Shown one piece after another: positions 1 through 12,300 of a stretch of DNA of 63,681 bases. The DNA lies in NCBI GenBank assembly GCA_030264375.1, contig JASCQW010000190.1:47861503-47925183 (forward strand). Reading direction: 5' to 3'. The position numbers were made by a program, and so were the translations under genes. Below the pieces are notes generated by a model, which made no database searches, was not told where the DNA came from, and saw nothing but the letters and a program-made list of their open reading frames with translations. How positions within the stretch are numbered: the stretch's first letter is position 1; each line of letters opens with the position of its first letter. Source of the stretch: Carcharhinus longimanus. Its lineage: Eukaryota.

Positions 1-100
1 TGTAGGGATATGGGGGTAGGGCCTGGGTAGGATTGTGTTCAGTGCAGACTCGATGGGCCGAAGGGCCTCTTTCTGCACTGTAGGGTTTGATGATTCTTGA
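1..100 (+). mobile_element. HE1-type SINE, 3' part
   Basis: gggccgaagggcctctttctgcactgtaggg tail. Confidence 0.8.
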
Positions 101-311
101 TGATGAACATCAGCCTGCAAAGATCGGTTCAGCTTTGGAGAATGTTTCAGTTTCCAGTTTTGCTCACCTCAACCCCAATGAGTAAAACTAAAAGATAAAG
201 TTTTGAAATTGAACAGTCAAATATACAGCCCATTCATGACAGTACAACATGTCGATCAGATAGGTGATGGAGCAACCCAATCAGTTCCAGTTTCAATCAG
301 TTCCTACTGAC

Positions 312-395
312 CTAATGTCTGCAATGTTCAAATGGGTGCAGACGCATTGCACAAGATCAGTCACATTTTCGCCATATATCCACCGCTCTTCAAAC
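312..395 (-). CDS. NLRC5: NLRC5 exon (84 nt) FEERWIYGENVTDLVQCVCTHLNIADI
   Basis: tttcag acceptor, gtcagt donor, phase 2-2, open frame. Confidence 0.8.
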
Positions 396-3300
396 CTGAA
401 ATACAAAACCAATATCAGCACTGCTGTCATCTGCATTTTAATTTAAACACTACAGATTCTCAGGTGACCAAAGAGGAGGATTTCTCACCTGCAAAAGGGT
501 GGGAATAGAGGTGAGAAGGCACACAAAAATGCCAAGTGCTCAGATGCTGGTTCGCTGGCTCCTTGCACTCAGGCGACTGTCTCAGAGGAAGAATGGAGTG
601 GGGATCGACAGCAGGGCTACATGACCGAGGTCATCAAAGGTCTAGTGAAAGAAGGTGAGTGGGATTTTCCACTCAGCCTCCAGGTCTCTGCAGATAGCAG
701 GGGCCAGGATTGGTTACCTGGAGGGAGCCTCCTGGCTGCCAATGCAACTGCTAGGCAGGCTCAGAGGTCTACATGGAGTGACTGTTTCATATAAAATTGT
801 TTCCCATTCGAATCTTAACAGTGAGTTCATGAATCTGCAGGGAAAATCCTGCCCAGAACTCAACTGGGGAACTTGAATTGAAATTCCTTCAATGCACTGG
901 TATAGGAAAGATAAAAAAGGACAAAATAATTCACATGTAGGAGCCTTGAAAAGAAAGTCAAAATACCACAAAACAGAGTCGTTAAGCAGTATTCAAAACT
1001 AACAACAGCAAAGGCAGAGCCTTTAGGAAAAGGAGTTGGAAAGTGGAACAACTTAAAGGCAAGGAACACTGCATCATTCCTTTCAGTGAAGGTGCTTACC
1101 TGACCGTGAATGCTTTGGGGCAATTCTTTAATGCCACTAAGAGATCTTTCACAGCAGCAGGAGAAATTCCATTCTTTTCCAGGCTGGAAAATAAAACAAC
1201 AGTAAGTTTAGGAGAGGCAGTGGCGTAGTGGCTATGTCACTGGACTAGTAATCTAGAGACCCATGGTAATGCTCTGGGGACCTGAGTTTGAATACCACCG
1301 TGGTGACATTTGAATCCAAATAAAAATTTGGAATTAAAAGTCTAATGATGACCATTGCTGATTGTTGTAAAAACCTATCTGGTTCACTAACACCCTTTAG
1401 GGAAGGAAATCTGCAGTCCTTACCTGGTCTGGCCTACATGTGACTCCAGAGCCACAGCAATGTGGTTGACTCTTAAATGCCCTCAAAAATGGCCTAGCAT
1501 GCCAATTAGGGATGGGCAATAAATGCCAGTGACACCCGTGCCCCATGAATGAATAAAAAAGCTAAATTCCATATTTCCCAGGTGTTGGAGGATTATCCCT
1601 TGTCCCAACAGCGATTAACCACATTTTTATCCCAAAAATGGTCGTAATTTTGGCTTTGTTCTTTAATCTGGCTCTGCGATGAGCTCTTATCTGGTTGTAT
1701 ACAGCGTCACATCTTGAAAGAACTGGCTCTTAAATTCCACGGAAGCCCCTCTGGTCTCCAGCTGTCCCACTGGAATTCAGCAGTTCAGCCAGCAGGGATA
1801 TCTAATGATGGCCAGGCTGTGCCATTTTCCTGAGGTTTCTGCCCATCTGTTGCTAAAGTTATAATGGGAAGATTGCTGCTTGCCCAGGAGAATGATATGG
1901 TCACTTTTTATTATACTGGGCAACTTCAACTGATTAATACTTAAAGATGGTGCTGAAAAATTGTTGTCAGTATAAATCTCTAAGCTCACCATGTTGTTAC
2001 TGGGCACATAATCTATGTTCCAACATGCTTTATCTGTTGAATTATGGATTTTTGGAGGGGGTGGAGTTATGACAGAAAGCTTTAAATAAGTTTGTAACAG
2101 AGATATTGGAAGAATTTACTGTGTGGGGCAGGATTCACATCCATCGGCTAGACAACTGGTGAGAACCCCATGTTGAAGGAATTCAGAAGGCCCCATGCAA
2201 TTTTGGAAGAATCAGACACTTGCCTGGGCAGCACTGGAGCTCCTGTTGAATCAGCCCCGAATAGGGCAGAAATCCCACCTCCCCCCCCCACCCCGCCCAT
2301 ACTGCTGGCCAATTAGAGGTCAGCAGCTCTACATAACCAACAGTGCCACTGGGAGCAGTGGTAACTGCCAGTACTACATGGCCCTATGCCAGGTAGTAAA
2401 GCTGAATTCCTGCAAGAGAGATAGGTAGGGTGGCCTTGACTACCAGGAGAGAGGCCCTGCCAAGAGGGGTGAGGGGGTGTTCAATAGAAAGGGCAGAATG
2501 ATGCCATCAATTGTTCCGTTCCACCACCTTCTTGGTAACTAGTCCTGTGATCGTGTACAGAGTGCCTGAACACAAGGACATCCCTTCCCACTAGGAAGGT
2601 TGTGTGGTCTCCCCACATTGCGAATTGCCCACTGGCCATTGGTAAAGTCTTGACTGTGGTAGCCATTTAAGGGCCTCAATTGGCCTCCGAGTGAGAAGAC
2701 TGCTCTTTATTCTTTCTGTCTGGAGTTTGTTTGGGGCACTCGGGAAGGTCTCCACTCCATTCCCTCCCAGCGAGTCAAAAACACCCAGCCCATCGCCTCC
2801 ACAATTGCCTCCGTGGGGTTGGAACGTGGGCATAAGATTGTGCCCATTTTTCTAGGATTTTTCACCAGACATCTCTTTTAACATCACAGGTACATTCTTT
2901 TTAAAAGTACAATGTCTCCTCTGTCCACTGCAATCCCCCCTCACCAAATGTTAACAGTTCAGAAAGCACTGTTCATAGAACAGCAATAGCCCTGTTGAAT
3001 TCTCCTCTGATTCAGAAGCACAGGGGAAAACAGAGCCTTCGAGGCTGAAATGGATAAATGTTTGTTAAGTAAGAATATCATAGGATATGGAGCAAAGGAA
3101 GGTAAATGAAATTAAGGTACAGGTAAATCATTATCTATCTGGCAGGATAGGTCCAAGGGGCAGAATGGCCTATTCCTGTTTTCCTAAGTGGCAGTTTCAA
3201 GTGCATTAACAGAATCAGTGCTTGCCAAATAAATAGGCAAGTCCCCTATCCCACTGACGAGACTTGGTCAGGTTTTCCGAGCTCCTTGCAGGGATTATAC

Positions 3301-6300
3301 TGTACATTTGTTTGATTAGTGCTTGACTCACTTGAGCTCCTTCAAGCCTTTGAGTTTATCCATGACTTTGACCAGGTTTCGCAGGCCCTCATCCCCCATC
3401 ATGTTGCCGGCCAGGCTACAATAAAACATGACAGTTCAGTTTGGCAGTGTTTCAAGCATTTCTAAGCATTTCCTAGTGATTAACAAACTGCATTTATAAC
3501 TGCTCCTCTTGAGTTACAAGGTGACTTACAACCACATTCAAATAACCTGACATAAGTCAAAGAAGATCATAGTTCACCACACAGACTCAGAACAGAATAT
3601 GTGGAGTACTTTGGCCAGAAACACATTCAATTCTTAGGGATAGCGGGCCTGATTCTCCCCAAAAAATTTGAAGTGCTGAACTGGCAAGAAAAAATGGTGT
3701 AATTTATGATAGCTTTTTCAGTTGGTAGTTCGACTTGAATCTCCCACACTTTGTGCAAGGCAGAGGTCACAATCATGAATATCATTAAAAGCATGGGGTG
3801 GGGGGGGCGTTGGGGCCTATTCACGTCAGAATCTGACAGTTCTGGGACTCTGCGCATGCTGGCCAGGAGCACAGCAATCTCCAAACAACCACCCCCCCCT
3901 CGCCCCGCCAACAAACACTGTCAATTCGCACCCCCCCCCCCGACCACCCCCCCCCCCCCAAGCAGATCACCCCCTCCCCCCCAGGGAGGTAGACACCCCC
4001 CATGGGAGNNNNNNNNNNNNNNNNNNNNNNNNNNNNNNNNNNNNNNNNNNNNNNNNNNNNNNNNNNNNNNNNNNNNNNNNNNNNNNNNNNNNNNNNNNNN
4101 NNNNNNNNNNNNNNNNNNNNNNNNNNNNNNNCAATAGGCCCCGACCCCTTGGCACTGCCCAATGCGCAGTACTAATGTTCCTCCCCGCGCATGGGCACTT
4201 TGCCCATTGGGCAGTGCCAGGGTGCACAGGCTGGCACTGCCAGGGTGCCCATGCCTAGGAGGCACCCCCTGCTACCTGACACTCTGGGGGGCCCCTATTA
4301 CCCCCCTTCACTCCAGCAGGGTCTCCCGCTAGTTCCCCGAATGTGGGGAGTTACTCTAAATCCTGCCAAAGTGAAATACTCCTGGCAGGTTGGGAGATGC
4401 TATCAGGCCCAGAGAATTCAGTCCTGGGCCCAATAGTGACACTTAAAATACATGAGAAACAAATTAAAATCACTTATCCCGTCTTCCCACCAGTTTCCAC
4501 GTGGTCACAACTGCGCATCTCTCCAGCTGTGGGAGACGCGCGTCTGTCGGAAACGTGTGCATAAATTCTGTGAAATGGACATGCACGTCTCCCAACCTGA
4601 TGCATCAAAAAACATGCACGTTGGGATGGGAGAATCGGGCCCAGCAATTCTTGGAAACGGTACAGATTACACCTGCAAGATCTGGTCACTGAGTTACAAA
4701 GACTAGAAGAATTGACTGAGGGACATATCTATGAAGTCTGCTCTGTCTATAGCTGTTACAACATAATCCCAGCAGTATGTATTTTGTCCATTTTTCCAGG
4801 TTGTTCACCATCACAGAAATGTAATTTCGATCCCATTTGTCTGGTTCACAAACAAGCCCCAGAGCTAAAAGGATCTGCTGTTCTGAACAAACTCTGATTC
4901 ATAGATTCCCTACAGTGCAGAATGAGGCTATTCGGCCCATTGAGTGTTCTAACAAATCACAGTGGCAGAATCCAACTAAATTGTGGCCTTTTCAATATGA
5001 TTATGGAGTTTAGACAGCCTGATCTTCTCCATAAATAACACTCTGGTGAACCTGTAGCCCTTGGGTGGCATGGTGCCACAATGGTTAACATTGCTGCCTC
5101 ACAGCGCCAGGGACCTGAGCTCAATTCCAACTTCGGGTTATCGTCCGTGTGGAGTTTGCACACTCTCCCTGTGACTGCATGGGTTTTCTCTGGATGCTTC
5201 AGTTTCCTCCCACAATCCAAAGATGTGCAGGTTAGGTTGACTGGCTGTGCTAAATTGAACCTAGTGCTAGGGGAATTAACAGGGTAAATAAGTGGGGTTA
5301 CAGAAATAGGGCCTGGATGGGATGGTGGAGGGTACAGAATTGATGGGCCGAATGGCCTCCTCCTACACTGTAGGATTCTATAATTTACCCATTTTTGTTA
5401 CTCATCACTATAATATCACATAGAATATCACAAGCTCAATGGCACTGAATCACGTGTACCAGTTTGCTATGCAGATTTGCCTGCCCAGTCATCAAACCAC
5501 CCATTCCTATACTCCAGAAAGCCAGTGGCTGAAATGTAGAACTGGGACCAATCTTCTCACACTTTTCTATTTATTTACAGCATTACACATTACTCGTATA
5601 CACCTCCCAACTCAACTACCACCATTTTAATCTGTGTCTATTCACAAGAGCTCAAATGAATCCCATTAATTCCTATCACATGCATACAGTTAAATAGATT
5701 ATTTTCTCTCATTTTAAATAAAAAAGAGTTAATGTGCATAACAAAAGTTTCCAAGTAAATTAAATCAAAGACCTCCATATCATGTACAAAGCCTGACAAG
5801 ATATCCCTTCAGTCAGACTCCCAACAATTGCTTTGTATTTGTGCTTTGTTTTGTAAAGCAATCAGACAACTGGTGACTTGTATCCACCTAATTAATTTTG
5901 GCGATTCTTTTTCTCTTTCGCATTTGTCTCAAACCACCAAAACCATTGCTTTTTATAGAGTATTTTATCTCACAACTATCTACATTACACTCAATGGATA
6001 CACCTGCCAGAATTTTTCTGGCACGCCCCGATTCCGGCATTCTCCATTGGCCTCGGGCAGGCAAAGCAGTAAAATTCCTGTAACCACCTTCAATTTATCC
6101 TTTGCACAGAATCACACTTAAAACATTTGACAAACAGAATTCCACAGCCTCTGTCTCCACAACAGCCACTGAGCATGCAGCTATTTTCTTGGCTTCCCAA
6201 GCTAGAAAGGACAATATTTCCCATTTTCACCCATGATCAATACCCATCAGGAAGTTTAGCATATGAAGGATCACTAAAAATGATGAGTTTCATGTTCTTC

Positions 6301-9300
6301 GGGTTACCTAAGAATGGGAACTTAAGTACGCATTCTTCCAGATACAGGCCAGGAGGACAATTTTTAAAAATATTTTATTTGCCCTGAAAACAAGTTAAAT
6401 TCAGGCATGGACCATTGTAATACTTACGATACATCAAAATTAGCATCTACCCTTATCTGAGTGTCCAATCAGTTCAATCAATCAATCAAGATCGGTATGT
6501 CTTTTTTAGATGTAACATCATCTTTTTGTAATGATTTGTATAGTTAACTGGAATTGGAGTAACACTCTCTGAACAGGAATGTTGATTTAAAGTTATTCTA
6601 CACTACTTAGTATCTTATCCAATGTACTTAAGCAAACCTGACTCCAAATTTTAAATTCTACTCTAATGCATATCATGGAGCAGCCCATTAGAAATCATCA
6701 ACATGCATCACGAAAATGTCTGGAAGTTTTCCTTTATGATACCAATAAAATGTTGCAGCATCTGAGTTGAATGGAACCTATTTCCAATAGAACAGATCTC
6801 AGCAAAACAAACTATATCCTGGAAGCAATATTTCAGGCTACAGACAATTTTTTTTGGTTTCCACAGTTTTCCTGATGCATCTGCCTGTTTAGTCACCTTG
6901 TGGAAACATAGCTTCTATATCAATTGATCCACACTCCCCTGGATATGTAGCTAAAGGAGCTAAAAAATATTTTCAAGTTACTTTCCCAGCTATGGAAGAG
7001 TCCACTCTACTAATTGCATCACCCCATCACTTTTCAAAAGCAAATGGCCTTGCTTCAGCCTTACATAAACCATCTGCATAAACTTTTTCAGCATAAACCC
7101 ACTTTGGGGCAAAGTTGGTTGCCCTTATCTGAATTTCTGAATAATGTGCTATCATCTGCATTCTACCTGCCTTCAACTCTTCCATTGCAAAGATGGCAAT
7201 ATCCAGTATCTGGACAATTTTGAAATCTCGGAATCTTCTATTCTTTGTGTCACTCCTGAATGGCATATTTTTTCCACTAAAGCTGCAAGAAATGATGGTT
7301 TCTGCAGGAAAATGTTCAAGGAACAGGCATCTGATCCAACAGGTGTTCTCTCTCCAAAAGCCGTACACCAGATAGGACCAGGAACCAGACCAGACACCTT
7401 CACACAATCCAGCAATTTAAATAGTGGTAGCAATCCAGTTGTACCAAAATTGAAGGCTTTATAAAATCTGTTAAATTCTTCCACGGAATAACCATCTGTT
7501 TGCCAAAATCTTACCAAATTCCGATCATGAGTCATAGACATTTAACAGATCATCTTTCTTATAGACTTAATTCAAGGACTCTAATGGATGGTCCAAACCT
7601 TCATCACTATCTAACTGATGGGCAGCTAGCTCAATACGTTGTGATTTCAATTAGGTGATGAACAACCAAGACTGGACCCAGTTTCCTCTTTGGTAGGTCT
7701 TAATCCATGTCCACACATCCACTTGATTCTCCATTAGTCGTGTGGTTAATACTCAGAGGGCAATTGTCCCCCAACAACTTTCACTTGCTTTTTTGCCATT
7801 TTTCACAATAGCTACTAAGATCGCATCTTTCTGTCGATTTTTTTTCTTTGCTTCTAAACTTCACCTTTAGGTAATCATCCTCTGCCACTATGTTCTATTC
7901 CAGAATGCCAGATAGAACAGGAGCCAATCTTTACACATTTTTTTACTATTTATAGAGTTACACATTGCAAACATACACTTCCTAACCTAACAACTACAGT
8001 TTTAGCCTGTGTCTATTTATAGAAGGCTCAAATTAATTCACAGTTAATGCCACAACCATTCTACCATTAAACACAATTAATATACATTAATATCGGTAAA
8101 CATTAATATATGAAATACCCATCTGCCATTGTTTTCAGAATGAAAGGTACAATATTGTAACAAGTCTAATCACAGTTTGTTGTAGTGCGACGTGAGCTGC
8201 AAGGGGTCATCTTCAAGGCCATACTTGAGCACCACTCAAATAAAGAAACATTTTAAGGGGGAAATTTTACTTACTTCAGTTCTGTCAGATGGGTGCAGCA
8301 TTCAATGATGGAGAAGAATTTCATCAGCTCTTTCTCTTTGAATTTACATTCCTTTACACTGTAAACAATCCACAAAGGAAATAATTCACAGCAATATTAT
8401 CAAAAAGAATCCTGCATTCACTAATCCCTAGAACATGTAAAACCTGACCAATCTTTGAAAGGTTACTGATTCTGCAGAATATTATTCTGCAATAAGTGCT
8501 GTAATGGCAGAGTATGTTATCTTTCATGGTCTGGATGTATGTGATGGGTACACCAATATACGGGTATACATGACATATTCACTGTTTTTAAACTATTGAC
8601 TGTATGATTATATGTTACACCGAAGGTGAAACCAAGGACAAATTTCCACTTATGCGTGGACAATAAAGTTCGAGTCCGGTCCATATTAACAAAACAGCAA
8701 GTGTCAAGTGTCAAATTAAGCAGGAAAGGTAGCAATCAAGAAATAACAGGAATCATAAAATAACGTGAATTGAAAGTTGGCAAGAGAGTAAAAATCCGAT
8801 GTGAAAAACTAGGAATTCAGATAAAATGGACAAAATTAATATAAACAAAGGTAGGTGCAGATAGTGAAGTACGTCATTTCATTAACAGGATGCCAAATTA
8901 TGAAATGTATTGATTATGAAATGTACTGTTAGAATGGACACAGAATTCAGATCCATTGTGCTCTTTTTTGAGCACTTAGAGGTTCAAAGTGGCATGCTTG
9001 ACCCTTGCATACATTTGTGAACTGCCATTTTGGTGAGGGTGCTGGCGTTAGTGCAGTGAATTTCTGATGGAAACATGCAGAGCCAAACAGAACTATCTTG
9101 CCACAAGTGTGATCGCAGCGTAAACCTTTCACTTACTGTGGTAGGAAATATGGTAATCCGCTCACACCATTCAGATCAATGTGCATCATACGTTTACATT
9201 TGTTTACAACATTCATCGCCAGTTGGAAACCAAGGAAATAAAGAGTTCACGATGGCAAAGAAAACACAATATTCTGCTTACTTGTCTTACAATTTTACCA

Positions 9301-12300
9301 CCAAGTGTGCAAAACATGAAAGGATATTTGAAAAAAAGAATGTGAGTATTGAGATCACGTTCCCAAAACACAGTGGGGTGATTACCTGTTCCTTCCTGCC
9401 TGTGGGAACTCCTGGTCCCACCAATGTTAAACCCCCACCGTGGGTTTCCCAGCAGAGGGGTGGAATCAGTGAGAAAACCCAATGACAAAGCTCCTGCCAC
9501 CAGCCAATTGAGAAATACACTACGGCAGGTGTGGAAAATCCACCCCACCCCCACCCAGTGTCTATTACTCATTAGTTATTTACTAATCAGAAAAGCAATC
9601 AGTCATACTTGAAGTTCCAACTAGCCACATAGTAGTTTGTGTCTTAGGCATACTGGGTGGGATTTTCTGTGCCCCCTCCATGGCATGTATTGAATTTGCC
9701 AAGTTGGTCCACCATTGGCTGATAGTGGGATCTTCTGGTCCCATCACTGCCAATGGGGCTTCCGGCTGTTCACACCCTCCTCTGCTGGGGTCAGATGTGA
9801 GGGGAGGGGGGTGTTAGCAGGATCGGAAGATTCCACCGGCAGGGACAGTCGAAAAATCCAATCGACTGAGTCTAAAGATCCAAATCCAGTTCAGTTCATT
9901 CTCATTTGGTGAGGCTCTGTACTGGGTGAAGATGTATGCCAGAATTTTACCTCCTCTCCACCCAAGGCTGGTAAGATCCTGCCTGAGGCCAATGGAGAAT
10001 GCCATTCTGCAAGCCTTACCCACCCTGCTGGTAAAATTCTGGCCATAACCACTTAGGATTTACAAATGTGAAGAAGAACACAGTTAAAGAACTCACTCAC
10101 CTGCACACTTTGCTTTCACATCTCTTTGCAAACTTTATAAAGGATCGTCCATGTGAAGACAAGCTGTGCAAACAAATGAGAACATGTTAAAAAGGCTCTA
10201 CTTCTAAATTGGATAAAAATAAATACTATAGCAGTGGACCTCAGACAGATACTGCCAAAATCCTGGTAGAATTTGATCCATGTTTAGTACCTAATGATCC
10301 AACTGGTTGTCCATTTCTTTATTGTATAGAGTTCTGACAGACTGAATTACCTTGAAGGTATGAATTTTTAATGGACTGAGCAAACCTTTCCTGTCCTCTG
10401 GTCTTTCAGACAATTCTTGGTTCTCATAAATACCTTGCCTAGTTATGTTGGGTGGGTTTTATGGCCTCGCTTGACCCGAGACTGGAAAATCCCTCCCGAA
10501 GTCAACAGATATTTCCAATACCCGCCTTTCGTCTGCTCTGATTCCGTGGCAGGCGCGCTGGTAGAATTTCAGCAGTAGTTTTTAAATCCTAGGCTGACTC
10601 ACTCTCTGGTGAATCCACAACCATGTCTCAGTGAGATACAGAGTGGAATTTCCCCATCCCACCTGCCATGGGAATTGTAGCAGGTGGGACAGGACCATGC
10701 AAAGGCCTTAGGTGGGATTTTCTGCTACTGGGTCGAGCATAGCCGGAAAATCCGGTCCAGAGTTTACATGATATAAGCTCTGCTGAATACCCCAATATAT
10801 CTATATTCATTGGAATTTCAGAACTAAATTTAATTGTAGTTCCAGTGCAATATTTCATGGCAAATTAACTTCTTGGAGATCAATCATCACTAATGCATGG
10901 GGAATATCAGTGAGTTTTGACCATATAGTGGCATGGTAGCACAGTGGTTAGCACCGTTGCCCCGCAGTGCCAGGGACCCGGGTTTGATTCTTGTAGATGG
11001 AGGAAGAATGTCTACAACAATGATTTAACAACAATATGGCAATAGTGACTTTAAAATGGATATTCTAGCTGAGAGTTAAGCATGCTGGGGTTTTTGGTCA
11101 ACTTATAATTAAAATCAGATGCAGATCGTCAAGTTGCTGAATCAGGTAGCTGGTCTGGGAACTGTGATCTGAAATCTGAAGCTTCCTGTGTTGATTAAAT
11201 AAGGGAAGTTGTTTACATTCGACATTGTGGCCTCAAATTTTACTGCTGTTATGTGTGGTACCTGTCATATGAAGTAAGTGCAATGGCATTGCCACAAGTA
11301 ATTTAATTGGATGTTCGACCTTGTGATCGATTTCTGGTTACAGAGTTGGCTAGATGACATGGATTCGTCTGGATTTGTGGATAAAAGACACTGCAGTCCT
11401 TTGTTTGCCAATGATAGTTCTATAGAGATTAACCATCTTAAGGTATGTGCCCCAAAGGAATTTTCCTCTGAGAAGACAGATTCTACACTGGGGATATTTN
11501 NNNNNNNNNNNNNNNNNNNNNNNNNNNNNNNNNNNNNNNNNNNNNNNNNNNNNNNNNNNNNNNNNNNNNNNNNNNNNNNNNNNNNNNNNNNNNNNNNNNN
11601 NNNNNNNNNNNNNNNNNNNNNNNNNNNNNNNTTAAGTTTGAATTGGTATCTGAAGTGTTAAATAAAGAAATAGTTAAATGAATTAAAGTTGATTCCTGTT
11701 CTTTTTTGTCTCATTAAACTGGAATGCTCGCAAGGTGTTTAAATTAAAAGTCGAACAATGGTTTGGGTCACTGTCTGTATGGAGTTTGCACTTTCTCCCT
11801 GTGTCTACGTGGGTTTCCTCTGGGTGCTCCGGTTTCCTCCCATGATCCACAAAGATGTGCTGGGCGGTGCATTGGCCATGCTAAATTCTCCCTCAATGTA
11901 CCCGAACGGGCGCCAGAGAACGGTGACGAGGGGATTATCACAGTAAGTTCATTGCAGTGTTAATGTACATCTATCTGTGACAATAATAAATAAACTTTAA
12001 AACATGGCCTTTTAAGAATAGCTCAGAAGAGCCAAGCAAAACAACGGAAAATGCTAAGAGTGTACTGAGGGTTGATTAGTACCTCACAAAGAGAATATTT
12101 GTAGAGAAACCTATCCCAAAATTCAGTTATGAATGAAGAAACTCAGTGCTAAACTATAATTGCCCTTTCCTTTTCCACATACTGACTAACTTATTGGGTA
12201 TTTCCAATGTTTTCCAACCTTGCCCTCAACTTATACATTTTCTAATTGTGTTCAGAGGGTTTGGAATTCTCTACCCCAGAGGGCTGTGAAAGCTGTCACT

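Larger units (their letters stand above)
5503..8080 (-). mobile_element. Decayed, internally deleted Ty1/copia LTR retrotransposon (GalEa-like)
   Basis: Minus strand in order: LTR, PBS, gag remnant (VYKKDDLLNVYD, FKLLDC), RT (PKWVYAEKVYADGLCKAEAR; FYWYHKGKLPDIFVMHVDDF ~6691-6760), RNase H (IIFSDPSYAKLPDG ~6245-6290; QLSDCFTK ~5850-5872), LTR; many stops and frameshifts. Confidence 0.88.

Noticed and set aside
168-187. Strong gtgagc donor with a nearby ttttag acceptor
   Set aside because: A 20-nt exon would break frame and phase.
5063-5135. tRNA-like sequences at SINE heads
   Set aside because: A/B-box SINE heads followed by SINE core, not tRNA genes.
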